From the NCBI GenBank assembly GCA_037133055.1, contig JBAXOY010000002.1, positions 2,985 through 66,984 on the forward strand: a DNA stretch of 64,000 nucleotides, read 5' to 3'. Of this stretch, positions 48,123 through 58,900 are shown one piece after another. The number at the start of each line of letters is the position of its first letter. Position 1 is the stretch's first letter. This DNA comes from Chlamydiota bacterium (GTDB lineage: Bacteria > Auribacterota > Tritonobacteria > UBA1439). The notes beneath the pieces are model-generated. The model made no database searches, had not been told where the DNA came from, and worked only from the letters and a program-made list of their open reading frames with translations. Made by a program: the position numbers and the translations under genes.

Positions 48123-48786
48123 GGTTTCCGCCGCCCGTTATCCACGCCTCGAGTTCGCTCAGGGACGTCAGGCAACGCACCCCGGGCAGGCCTGCGACCC
48201 GCTCCCGTCCGCCCCGGCGGAACGCCTGCCCGCCGACGAGAATCGGCACGTCCGGGAAGGCCGCCCGGATTTCAGCGGCGGCGCTGATGAGCGTATCCAG
48301 ACCAAAGGCTACGGTCACCGAAAGCGCAACCACGTCCGGCCGCTTTTCCGCAATGAGCGCCTTCACGTCGCTCACGGTCGTGTTCGCGCCCAGGAAGTAA
48401 CCGCGCCAGCCGTGCAACTCGAAGAGATCGGCTACCATTTTTCCGCCGATCTGGTGATGCTCGTTGGCCACGCACGCGACGATCGCCGACTTTCCCACGT
48501 GCGGCTGCGCGAAGAGCCGGGGATAGGCAAGGTTTAGCAGGCTCTCGGTGATCGCAGTGGCCAAGTGCTCCGTGGCCACGGAAATCCGTCCCCGTTCCCA
48601 CAGATCGCCTATTTCGTAGAGCGAGCGCTGCACCAGCTCCTCATAGAGCGTGCGAAGCTCGACATTGGCCTCCAGCCATTGCTCGAAGCTCACACGGCAC
48701 TGGTGTCGGTCGTTGGCCAGCAGGCCGCCCAGATAACGCCGATAGTCATCCTCGGAGGAGAAAAGTTGGTCCGGCGACTGATTCAT
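48115..48786 (-). CDS. stand-alone cobalamin(B12)-binding domain protein (CarH/AerR-like sensor module without a DNA-binding domain)
   Basis: The most plausible start is the ATG at 48786 (MNQSPDQLF...). The B12-binding motif is ANEHHQIGGKMVADLFELHGW (ExHxxG...G) in a Rossmann-like region. It overlaps the histidine kinase start by 8 nt. Confidence 0.65.
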   Translation of the reverse strand: MNQSPDQLFSSEDDYRRYLGGLLANDRHQCRVSFEQWLEANVELRTLYEELVQRSLYEIGDLWERGRISVATEHLATAITESLLNLAYPRLFAQPHVGKSAIVACVANEHHQIGGKMVADLFELHGWRGYFLGANTTVSDVKALIAEKRPDVVALSVTVAFGLDTLISAAAEIRAAFPDVPILVGGQAFRRGGRERVAGLPGVRCLTSLSELEAWITGGGNHV

Positions 48787-49127
48787 TCGTGAGCCTTCGT
48801 CGAAGTCGCCGGGGCCGTCTCGCCCCCCGCGGGCCGGTGGCGGGGCGGTTCGCCAATCTTCCCGCGCAGATCGCTCACTTCGCGCTTCAGTTCGATCATG
48901 CGGAGGGTGCGATCGACGGCGACCCGGTTGAAGCGGCTCAGCTCGTCGTTGCGGGCACGGGGTTCTCCGGCCTGCTCCCGCAGCGCATCCTCCGCCTTCT
49001 TGCGCGAGGTGGTGTCGCTCGTCACGGCGCGGTACACGGGCGCGCCGTCGGCGTCCTGCGCCGCGATTGCCCCCACCCGCGCCCAGAATGACAGGGCGTC
49101 TTTTCGCGCCATCCCCATCTCCCACAC
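48783..49127 (-). CDS. possible remnant or N-terminal piece of a sensory protein (PAS-linker / coiled-coil-like segment)
   Basis: ...TSRKKAEDALREQ...ELSRFNRVAVDRTLRMIELKREVSDLR resembles inter-domain linkers of PAS sensor proteins. Its stop abuts the B12-binding protein start in another frame. Confidence 0.25.
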   Translation of the reverse strand: MWEMGMARKDALSFWARVGAIAAQDADGAPVYRAVTSDTTSRKKAEDALREQAGEPRARNDELSRFNRVAVDRTLRMIELKREVSDLRGKIGEPPRHRPAGGETAPATSTKAHE

Positions 49128-49420
49128 CCGCGGCGCGCCGTGTCGAGCTCCGCCACGAACATCGCCGCGATCTTTTCGATCGCCCCATTTCTCCTGCGCC
49201 TATTGTACTTCCTCATTCCCTCCCGTCCAGTGCAAAACACCCCGCAGGATGTACGACCCCGCATCAGCCCCGACTCGACCCGGGGATGATCGAGGCGCGG
49301 TTCAGCCTCGGGATCGTTCTCTTAATCTCGGCGACCGGGAAGGGGCGGCAGCCGGGTTCGATCGGATGCCCGCGGAGAGGCCCGATTTCGCGCCGGCTGC
49401 GGCGTGACGCGCACGAGTGA

Positions 49421-49844
49421 ATGCCTTCCGTTGAAATGATCCGCGACAAATATCTTTTCCATGCGGCCTCCCTGCGGCATCCTTTTCATGCAGCGGGGCG
49501 CCGATTTGGTGTACAATACGTGCCCGGCGCCCGTCCGGCACGCACACGTCCGGAGTGCGATCATCATGAACTCGTCCCCGAAGAAGTCCGCGCCCGATTC
49601 AACAAGCCCGCCGCGAAGGCGGAGATCTTTATCGAGGACACGGGCAGCGGGATCCCGGAGAAGGATCCGGGGAAAATCTTCAAGCCATTTTTCAAGAGTA
49701 AAAAGGGGGGAGACAGGCCTCGGCGCTTCCATCGTCCGGCGCATTGTGCTGGGGCGCCACGGGACCATACGCTGCGAAAGCGCACGGAATAAGGGGACCT
49801 GTTTCACCATCGCGTTGCCGCGTGCGAAATGGGGGAGGGCATGA
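49421..49844 (+). pseudogene. frameshifted 3' fragment of a histidine kinase (HATPase_c G1/G2 boxes split across two frames)
   Basis: One frame reads FIEDTGSGIPEKDPGKIFKPFFKSKKGG. The adjacent frame reads TGLGASIVRRIVLGRHGTIRCESARNKGTCFTIALP. No HisKA or sensor region is intact upstream. Confidence 0.45.
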
Positions 49845-51199
49845 AGAAGATCCTTATCGTGGACGACGAGGAATCGATACGGACGTCCCTGTCGATCCTT
49901 CTGAAGAAGGACGGCTATTCCGTGAGCGAGGCGGCTGACGCGAACGAGGCGCTGGGCATGCTTGACGCATCCTGCTACGACCTGGTCATCACGGATTTGA
50001 ACATGCCGGAGATGGGGGGGATCGATCTCCTGAGGCACGTGAAGAAGGAGCACCCGGACGCCGAGGTCATCATCCTCACCGCCTACGGCAGCATCCAGTC
50101 GGCGGTCGAGGCGATCAAGATCGGAGGGTGCGACTACCTGACGAAGCCGATCGAGTCCAAGGACATCCTCATACGGGTCGGGAACGCGCTCGAGCGCAGC
50201 TTCCTCAGGCAGGAGGTGCGCCGCCTGAAAGACGCGGTGGGAGACCGGTTCTCGTCCAAGCACATCATCGGCACGAGCCGGGCGATCGCCGCGCTGCTCG
50301 ACACCGTAGACCAGGTCGCGAAGACGGATTCCACGGCGCTCCTGATCGGGGAGAGCGGCACGGGCAAGGAGCTCGTGGCGCGTGCCCTGCACGGGGGGAG
50401 CAGCAGGAGGGAGCGGGCATTCATCCCCATCAACTGCGGGGCGCTGCCCGAAACGCTGCTCGAGAGCGAGCTGTTCGGCCACGCGAAGGGCGCGTTCACG
50501 GGTGCGATGCACTCGAAGAAAGGCCTGTTCGAAGAGGCGGACGGGGGTACGATATTCCTGGACGAGATCTCGGCGACGGCCCCCATGACACAGGTCAGGC
50601 TCCTCCGCGTGCTCCAGGAGCAGGAGGTCCGCCGGCTCGGGAGCAACGAAACGGTGAAGATCAATGTCCGCGTGATCGCCGCGACGAACCAGGACTTCGG
50701 CGCGCTGGTGCGGGCCGGGAAGATCCGCGAGGATCTCTACCACCGATTGAACGTCATCACCATCATGCTCCCCTCCCTGCGGGATCGGAGGGAGGACATC
50801 CCGCTTCTGATCGAGCATTTCGTCAAGGCGTACACAGGCGGCGACAGGGCGAGGGCCAGGAGTATGTCCGACGATGCGTTCGAAGCCCTGAGCCGGTACG
50901 ACTGGCCCGGCAACGTGCGGGAGCTGAAAAATGCCGTCGAGCGGGCCATGGTCATGTCGAAGACGTCGGTGATCGAGCTCGCCGATCTCCCCCAGGAGAT
51001 CCGATCCGTCGCCGGGAAGGCCGTTAGGGCGCGGGGCGGCGCGGGAGGGCTCAAGGACGTGGAACGGGATTATGTCCTGGAACGGCTCACACTCCACGAC
51101 TGGAACTACTCGAAGACCGCGCGGGACCTCCGCATCGCGAGGAACACCCTTCTCAAGAAGGTGAGAGAGTACAGGCTGAGCCGCCCCCCCGGGCGGTGA
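49841..51199 (+). CDS. NtrC-family sigma-54-dependent response regulator (REC + AAA+ + HTH)
   Basis: It starts at an ATG preceded by GGGGGAGGG. The REC domain shows KILIVDDE...DLVITDLNMP. The sigma-54 AAA+ domain shows GESGTGKELVARALH and GAFTGA. A C-terminal Fis-type HTH is present. Confidence 0.85.
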   Translation: MKKILIVDDEESIRTSLSILLKKDGYSVSEAADANEALGMLDASCYDLVITDLNMPEMGGIDLLRHVKKEHPDAEVIILTAYGSIQSAVEAIKIGGCDYLTKPIESKDILIRVGNALERSFLRQEVRRLKDAVGDRFSSKHIIGTSRAIAALLDTVDQVAKTDSTALLIGESGTGKELVARALHGGSSRRERAFIPINCGALPETLLESELFGHAKGAFTGAMHSKKGLFEEADGGTIFLDEISATAPMTQVRLLRVLQEQEVRRLGSNETVKINVRVIAATNQDFGALVRAGKIREDLYHRLNVITIMLPSLRDRREDIPLLIEHFVKAYTGGDRARARSMSDDAFEALSRYDWPGNVRELKNAVERAMVMSKTSVIELADLPQEIRSVAGKAVRARGGAGGLKDVERDYVLERLTLHDWNYSKTARDLRIARNTLLKKVREYRLSRPPGR

Positions 51200-51897
51200 T
51201 CCGGGAGAGCGGCTCGTCGCTCCGGCCTTTCAAAAACTGCACACCGCGTAGTATCTCCACAGCTCCCGCCCCCCTCGTTCCCATCCCGGCTCCCTCCTCG
51301 ACACGTTCGCGCTGATTCGCATCCCCTTGTCGTGGGGTAGGCTGAATGGCATCCGCAGAAAAAAGCCGGACGATCCGATGCGTGACGTGGAAGTTGCAGT
51401 CTCTTTTGAGAGCGGGGACGCGTGTCTCCGCATCTCATGCAATTTTGCGCAGGCCCGGAAGCGCCGATCCCGGAGGGGTATGTCATGATCGTATCCGACG
51501 GGAAGACGGTTCTACACGAGCGGCCGGCCGATGCAGCTCATTACGAAAACATTATGCGGTGGCGCGGACCGCACTGCGGGCGAAAGGCTCCAGTGGCGAA
51601 CCTTGGGGCATGCCTCGCAGCGCGGTGTCCGCCCCGTCAATCCGTCCGTGCAGGTTGCTCAATAATTGAACACCTGTCATTTTCTGAATAGCCATCCGCG
51701 CTCAGAGAAACGTCCGTGGAACTGTATCCAGGAGTTCAGCAATCTAACCTACTGGTATTACGCATACTAGGAATAGCGACGGATTTTTCTCAATTGCCCA
51801 TCGACGGCATGAATTATGCTTCGCTTGTACGCGGGGGACTGGGTACCCGGCGTAAGGTTTTGTTTTGAAATCTCGAACGGTCGGACAAGGGGGGAGC

Positions 51898-52959
51898 ATG
51901 AAACGGCAGATTTCCATTGCGGCATCTGCATTCATCGGTCTGTGCGCGGCGGTATGGGCCGCTCCGCAAGCGGCAAAGGATTCGCTGCCACCGTCGGCGG
52001 CGAAGACGCATCTTTCCGCGCTTGAAGGCGCGTGCCGGAGAGGGGATGAACGGGGGATAGTGCAGAGCATCGGTGATCTCAGAGCGGAGTGGGGTAACGT
52101 CCCCGATTACGGGGCGATCGGGGAGGCGGTGCTCTCGCGCGACGCGGATCCGAAATACCGCTGGGTCATGCTCGACTCGCTTGTGCAGTACAAGCGCATC
52201 GTGAAGGACAGCCGCGACGCCCGCGCTCTCCTCACGCTTCTCGACGTCGTGTCGTGGGCGGAGAACGATACGTCGTTCGTGCGCGCCAAGGCGCTTACCG
52301 TGGAAGCGGGGATGATCGCCCTATTCGAGGAGAAGGGGCTCATCCGGGAAGCCCGGCGGCGCGAGTTCGGGAAAAAACTCGCCGCGCTCATCGAGAAGGA
52401 GAAGGACGGCGACCTGCTTGCCGCGGCCTGCATCGCCGCGGGGAGTGCGGATGCCGGGGAGGCCGTTCCCGCGCTGCGGAAGCATGTGCGGAACGAGAAT
52501 GCCCCGTCCCTTGTGCGGCGCACGGCGGCGGGCTCGCTCGGGAAGTTGAAAGACAGGGAGAGCATCCCCCTCATCGCGGAGGTCATGAAAAACACGACCG
52601 ACCGCGCGCTTTACGGCTCAAGTGCCTTTGCTCTGGGGACCATGGGGGGCGAGGAGGTCGTGGAGCCGCTCGTGGCGCACGCGGGGCGCTTCGACACGCA
52701 CTCCTGCGGAAACGCCCTCCGGAGAAATTCGGCGACGGTCGCGCGCATGTTGACGGACACCCAATCCCCCCGCCTGGAGAACGCGATCAGGGCGGCGGGC
52801 CTTGCGGAAATGAAGGAAACCCTCCCGCAGCTCGAGGCGCTGGAGAAGGACGGGCGTCCGGAGGTGCGGCGCGCGGCGAAGGAGGCCCGGGAACGAATCA
52901 GCCGGAAACCGGGGGGGGCGACCCCCGGCGCGGATGCCCGCAGGGAGGTGAAGCCATGA
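51898..52959 (+). CDS. secreted HEAT/PBS-lyase-like repeat protein
   Basis: It has a signal peptide after [21 protein letters not shown]. It contains repeated helical units with conserved R..AA..LG. Its stop (TGA) overlaps the ATG of the giant downstream gene (ATGA). Confidence 0.6.
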   Translation: MKRQISIAASAFIGLCAAVWAAPQAAKDSLPPSAAKTHLSALEGACRRGDERGIVQSIGDLRAEWGNVPDYGAIGEAVLSRDADPKYRWVMLDSLVQYKRIVKDSRDARALLTLLDVVSWAENDTSFVRAKALTVEAGMIALFEEKGLIREARRREFGKKLAALIEKEKDGDLLAAACIAAGSADAGEAVPALRKHVRNENAPSLVRRTAAGSLGKLKDRESIPLIAEVMKNTTDRALYGSSAFALGTMGGEEVVEPLVAHAGRFDTHSCGNALRRNSATVARMLTDTQSPRLENAIRAAGLAEMKETLPQLEALEKDGRPEVRRAAKEARERISRKPGGATPGADARREVKP

Positions 52960-55900
52960 AGAGACCGGCAATCCTCCTGATTCTCGCGGCAATGGGAACA
53001 GCGGCTCCCCCTGTGTCCGGTCAAATCATCGGGAGCCAGGAGCGCGGAGACGCCGTCTACCACAACCTCACCGGGCTCTACAGCATCGCGGGCTACGACC
53101 ATGCGGCGATCTATTACGGGTACACGAGTGGCGACCGCACCGACATGGGCAACCACCGCGTCATCGAGGTTGGGGGCCTTTTCGACGTGGTGAGCGAGAA
53201 CTCATTCGGCGATTTCACCACCGGGGAGGACCTGTACTACTACGGCGCCCACACCAATCCATCGATCACGGCCGCCCAGCGCGCAGCGATCATCGCCACC
53301 GCCGAGGATTTTCGCGACAACTCGAACCTCACGTACACGGTCTTCGGGCAGATTGACTGGAAAGGGCTCGACTGGGACGGCACGATCGGCGACCTCGAGA
53401 ACATCCGGTGCGACGGTTTGGTGGAATGCTGCTACGAGATGAACGGGGTAAACGTGTGGGGCAAGGAGGGGACGCACTTCTCGATCGTGAACTACCCCGA
53501 CGAGCACAACGACATGCCCGACTTTTGGAATCACGACACCTCGGACGGCATGATGGAGGACCCGCGCTGGGAGGTCTCGCCGAAGGCACAGCGGGGCGGG
53601 CTGGGTGAGGAGTACACGCAGTTCCGCATTTCGATCGCCTATAATCCTGTCGTCCACCCCTCGCTGTCGGGGGATACCGGATGGGAGGGCTGGTACCGGG
53701 GCGACGTGGAGGTCTCCCTCACCGCGACGGACGACTCGGGCATTCACCAGGAAAACGGGATCGACTACATCCAGTACGGACCTTCCGCGTCGGGGCCGTG
53801 GACGACGTACACGGAGCCTTTTACCGTGACATCCTCCACACGCATCTACGGATACTCCGTGGACAAGGCCGGGAATGGCCCCTCGCACGGGAGCGAGGTG
53901 GTATACGTCAAGATTGACAGGGACGCCCCGCCCGTCACGAGCCCCGCGCCGTCCCCCGCGGGGCCGACGTGCAGCACGATGCCGACGGTTTCGGGCTACA
54001 CGGTGAACGACAACGGCCCGAGCGGGATACACCACTACGAGTACAAGATCGACGGAGACGAGACCGTCCGCACGGCGACGTGGACGAGCTTCCAGACGCC
54101 GACGCTGGGGGAGGGGACCCACACCGTGTACGTGCGCGCGGTGGACAAGGCAGGCAGCGAGGGCCCGTGGGGGAGCTGCCAGGTCGTGGTGGACTTCAAC
54201 ACAATCCCCTGTCCCACCCCCACGCCCGGAAACCCCGAGAATGATCCGGGAGAGCTGTATAACGCCCAGGTGGCCGGCAGTGTGCCTTTCACCTCGACGG
54301 GGTCGTGGACGAGCGGCTGCGTGGACGGGAACTATCTCTATCTTGCCGCAGGGGGCCTGTCGATCTTCGATCTCGGCGACCCCGCCAACCCAAGCCTTGT
54401 CGGCTCGTATCCGGGCGACTGGGACGGGGAGTTCGGCATCATCGTTCGCGACTGGAAGGCGTACACGATCAGCTACCATGGCCTGAAGATCTTCGACGTC
54501 TCCAACCCCGCCCAGCCGGTTCTCCTGGGGAGCAGCGCGACGGGGGGTTACTTCCCGGGCTACCCGTACGAGAAGAAGATGTGTGTCTCCGGCGACTACG
54601 CCTACGCCTATGCCACGCTCTGGAATATCTCCAACCCCCAGAGCCCCTCCTACGTGTATGACCTGAGGGGCGCTCCGGCGTATGTGAGCGGGGGCTACGA
54701 GTGGTGGTTCTACAACACCATGCTCGGCGTCAAGAACGTCTTCCTGGCTCCGCCCCCCGCCGACACTGACATCATCCGCGTCAGGCCGTACCCGATTCGG
54801 TCTGAGGACGCCTCCTACGCCTACGACATGCATGTGCAGCCGCCCTATGTGTATCTCGTGGACAACCGCTTCGGGCTTACGATCTATGACATGAACTTCA
54901 ACCAGCAGGGGACCTATCTCCAGTTCACGCCGTGGAGCAGCCCGACCTACAGCAACAGCCATCTCTGTGTCTCTGGGAACCGGGCATACATCGGTTCGGC
55001 TGCCAGACCCCCCGGAACCGGGGAGGACGTCACGTTCCTCCAGGTCATCGATGTTTCAAACCCGGCAGCCACCCGGCTCGCCGGTCAGATCGGGATCCAG
55101 GGGATCACAGGCGGGTTGGGCAATTTGCAGGATATCGTCGCGAGGGACGGCTACGTCTACATGCTTTTCAACGGCCGGATACTGGTAATCCGCGACGAAG
55201 CCGCGGCCCCGGCCTCCGTGGTCGGATTCGATTTCCCGGTGGCGGACCGCGACCAGGACCCGGTCGAGGGGGTGGTTCGGGACACGCGTTACTTCGCCCG
55301 GTTCCTGCCCGGCGCCTACAGTTACGGCGGAAACTCCTACCTCGGGTTCGGCATTCTTCCCGACGGCGACTTCCTCGCGCCGAATTACAGCAGCACGATC
55401 GAGCACCCGGGCGAGGACTGGAACGGCTCGGGTGGCGGCTCTACTGACCAGGGACAGCCGGCGCGCGCGATCGGCGACGGGGTGGTGAGGGTGAGCGCGG
55501 ACTTCGGCGGCGCGTGGGGAAACGTCATCCTCGTGGAGCACAGCGCGCCCGGGGGTTTTTCGTTCAAGGTCGCCGACCGGAACGGCGAGACCGGGAACAC
55601 GGTCTCGAAGGTCTGGTCTCTCTACGGGCACCTGAATAATCGCGCGGTGAGCGCGGGGGACACGGTCACGCGCAGCCAGGAGCTGGGCGGGATCGGGAAC
55701 GCCGACGGCTATTACGGCAACGGGTACCACCTCCACCTCGAGGTGAGGTACGCCACCTGGGTGGCGAAGGCGATGAGTGAGTGGACGCAGAGCGACTGGA
55801 ACGCGTGGGCGGTGAGCTGGGGCGGGAAGGCGGGGAGCGCGACGACGGTCGAGCAGTACTGGTGCGACCCGACAAACTTCATTCTGGCCAACCGGTCGGT

Positions 55901-58900
55901 CGCGGGCGGCAGCACGGGAGACGGGCCGTCGCCGAAGCGGTTCTCCGCGACGAAGCAGTTCGGATACTACAACTGGACGATGAACGTGAGGCTTCTCGAC
56001 ACGGCCGGCGTGGCCGGATTCAAGTTCTACATGTCGGACGACACGAAGCCCGACCCGACCGACCCTGATAATTTCCCGTCGTCGTGGGCGTACAAGGGGA
56101 CCGCGGCGGCGGGCAGCGCGGTGCAGATCGGCGCGGACGAGTTCCAGGCCGGCACCCGCTACTACTTCACGGTGACGGCCTACGACACCCTGTACCGTAT
56201 GAGCGATCCGTATTACCCGACGGTGCAGTACGTGGCGACAAGCGAGTGGGACGGCGATTCGGACGGACTCGAGGACAGTTGGGAGATGCTCTACTGGGGG
56301 AACCTCGACCAGGGGGCGAACGACGACCCGGACGGGGACGGGCTCACGAACGCGGAGGAGTATGCGCTCGGGACCTATCCCACGAATCCTGATTCCGACG
56401 GGGACGGCGTGAGCGACGGGGACGAGGCGGACGGGGGCTTCGACCCGCTCGACCCGGCCAGCCATCCGTTCCCGGGGGCGGCGGTCTACACGAGCGCGGC
56501 GAACACCGCCGGGCCGTGGGACGGGACGCAGGCGCACCCGTTCAGGACGATCGGCGACGCGGTCCGCGCGTCGGGCGCCGACTACACGGTCAGCGTCGCG
56601 GCGGGGACCTACAGCGAGAACCTTACCCTGAAAGAGGGGATGCAGCTCATCGGGGCCGGCGCGAACCAGACGACGATCGACGGCCCGGACGAGGAATATG
56701 TCTACACCGCCGTGATGGCGCCCTCGAACGCCACGGTCAGCGGCTTCACGATCAATGCGCCGAACGACGGGGACGGGATCGACATCTATGACGCGAATGA
56801 CCCGTACGGAGTCCCCACCACCGGCGTGACGGTGAAAAATAACGTCATCGTCGGGGGATACGGGATCTACGCGACGAACCTGCACTCCTCGACGATCGCC
56901 AACAACACGTTCGTCACGACGTGGTCGGGGATCGGCCTTTCGATGTCGGACACGGTGACCGTGAAGAACAACGTGATCGCCGTGTCGGACCAGGAGTACG
57001 GGGAGGGGATATCGTTTGATCAGGTGGCGGACCCCGCCGACATCGCGATCTCGTACAACGATGTCGTGGCGCTGACGCCCTACATGGACTACGGCACGAG
57101 CGGGGCGTTCACGCCGCTCCCGGGAACGGGGGAGATGAGCGAGGACCCGGTGCTGATGCCGGGGGCGGGATACCGGCTGGACGCCGCCTCGCCGAGCATC
57201 GACGCCGGGGACCCGGCGGACAACTATGCCTTGGAGCCGGACTATCCGGCGGGCGCGATCAACATGGGCGCCTACGGCGGCACGGCGCAGGCGGAGACGC
57301 CCGCGGAAGGGAACCAGCCGCCCGCGGCGGCGATCGCCGACCCGGGGACCGTCGGCTCGAACACCGTGACGCTGGACGGGAGCGGGTCGAGCGACCCGGA
57401 CGGGAGCATCATCGCGTACGACTGGTACGTGGGCGGGGACTACGCCGGGAGCGGGAGCCCTCTCCAGGTGAACGTGCCGGCGGCAAAGGTGAAGGCGGGC
57501 CACGGCAGTGTGCAGGCGGAGCTCTCCGTCCTGGACAACAACTATGCCTCGGGGACGACGAGCCGCACCCTGCAGTTCACAGACACCGACAGGGACGGGC
57601 TGGCGAACGACGACGACCCGGACGACGACAACGACGGAATGCCGGACGTGTGGGAGAACGCCTACGGGCTGAACCCGCTTGTGGCGGACGGCAATGCCGA
57701 CCCTGATCACGACGGGCTGACGAACCTCCAGGAGTACCAGGCGGGGACCGATCCGATGGATCCGAACGATCCGCCCCCGCTGGAGCCGAGCCCCACCCCG
57801 ACAGCGGGTTCCGCGACCGCAACGCCCACCGAAACACCGGAGCCGATGCTGACATCGACTCCCACGGAGACGCCGGCGCCGACGATGTCTCCTACATCGA
57901 CACCTACCGGAACGCCGACACCGGAGCCGACGGCGACCGAAACCGAGACGCCGACTGAGACCCCCACCGAGACCCCGACGCCGGGGCCCGAGGTGACGGA
58001 CACGCCGGAGCCGACGCTGACGCCGACCGAGACCCCGACGGAGGCTCCGACTGCAACACCCACGCCATCGGTTGTACAGACGGACCGTTATTATGTAAAC
58101 GGCGACGTCGCCCAGTCCGGCAACGGCTCGAGCTGGGGGGAGGCGCTCAAGACGATCCAGGAGGCGGTGGACGCCGCCGCGTGGACGACCGATCCGGTCG
58201 ATATCTGGGTGAAGCAGGGGACCTACGCCCTCTCGTCGGAGATCACATTCAATAATGTCAGGGTGTTGATCTACGGCGGTTTTGTCGGAAACGAGACGGA
58301 GAGGAGCCAGCGCGACTGGCAGAACAACCCGACGGTCGTGGACGGGCAGGACACGGTTCGATGCTTCCATCTTGGCGACAGTGAGGTTGAGATCAACGGC
58401 GTTACCATCACCCGGGGCGCGGCGTATCGCGGCGCGGGGATTTATAGGGAGGCCGGAGACTTCGGCACGATCCTCGGCACGATCCTCAACTGCACCCTTT
58501 CGTACAATGTTGCGGAGGATGCGGGCGGCGCGATCTACGCCGCCGGAGGGAATCTGAACGTCATGGACTGCACCCTTTCCCAGAATACTGGGGACAGAGG
58601 AGGGGCGATCTGTCCCGAAGGGGGAGTGGTTGCGACCGTCTCCCGGTGCGTCTTTGAGAGCAACGTCGCGGCGAGTTTCGGAGGAGCCCTCTACGGGGGT
58701 TTCAGCAGCGTTTCGGAATGCCGCTTCGCCGGGAACACGGCGCTCTACGACGGCGGCGGCGCGCATCTCTTCCTCGGCAGCGTGGCAGACTGCGTCTTCG
58801 AGGGGAATGCGGCGAGCTCCGGGAGCGGCGGCGGCGCGTTCTGCACCGGCGCGACGCTTGATCGCTGCACCTTCACCTCCAACACCGCCAGTGTCTCCGG

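Noticed and set aside
48787-49188. N-terminal 134 codons of the six-frame ORF for the B12-binding protein
   Set aside because: This stretch is Arg/Gly-rich with no motif. The B12-binding domain begins after the internal ATG at 48786.
49322-51097. 591-aa minus-strand ORF opposite the NtrC-type regulator
   Set aside because: The plus strand encodes canonical REC / AAA+ (GESGTGKE, GAFTGA) / HTH domains. The antisense frame is a low-complexity artefact.
51200-51897. sigma-54 (-24/-12) promoter for the HEAT / giant-protein operon
   Set aside because: Only weak partial matches were found (for example TGGCGAACCTTGGGGCATG at about 51593, TGGggc-N5-TcGC). None has the canonical TGGCAC-N5-TTGC, so it is not reported as a feature.
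52254-52955. N-terminal 234 codons of the six-frame ORF for the giant protein
   Set aside because: This stretch overlaps the HEAT-repeat gene in another frame and is Arg/Gly-rich. A strong RBS plus an ATG at 52956, followed by a signal peptide, marks the real start.
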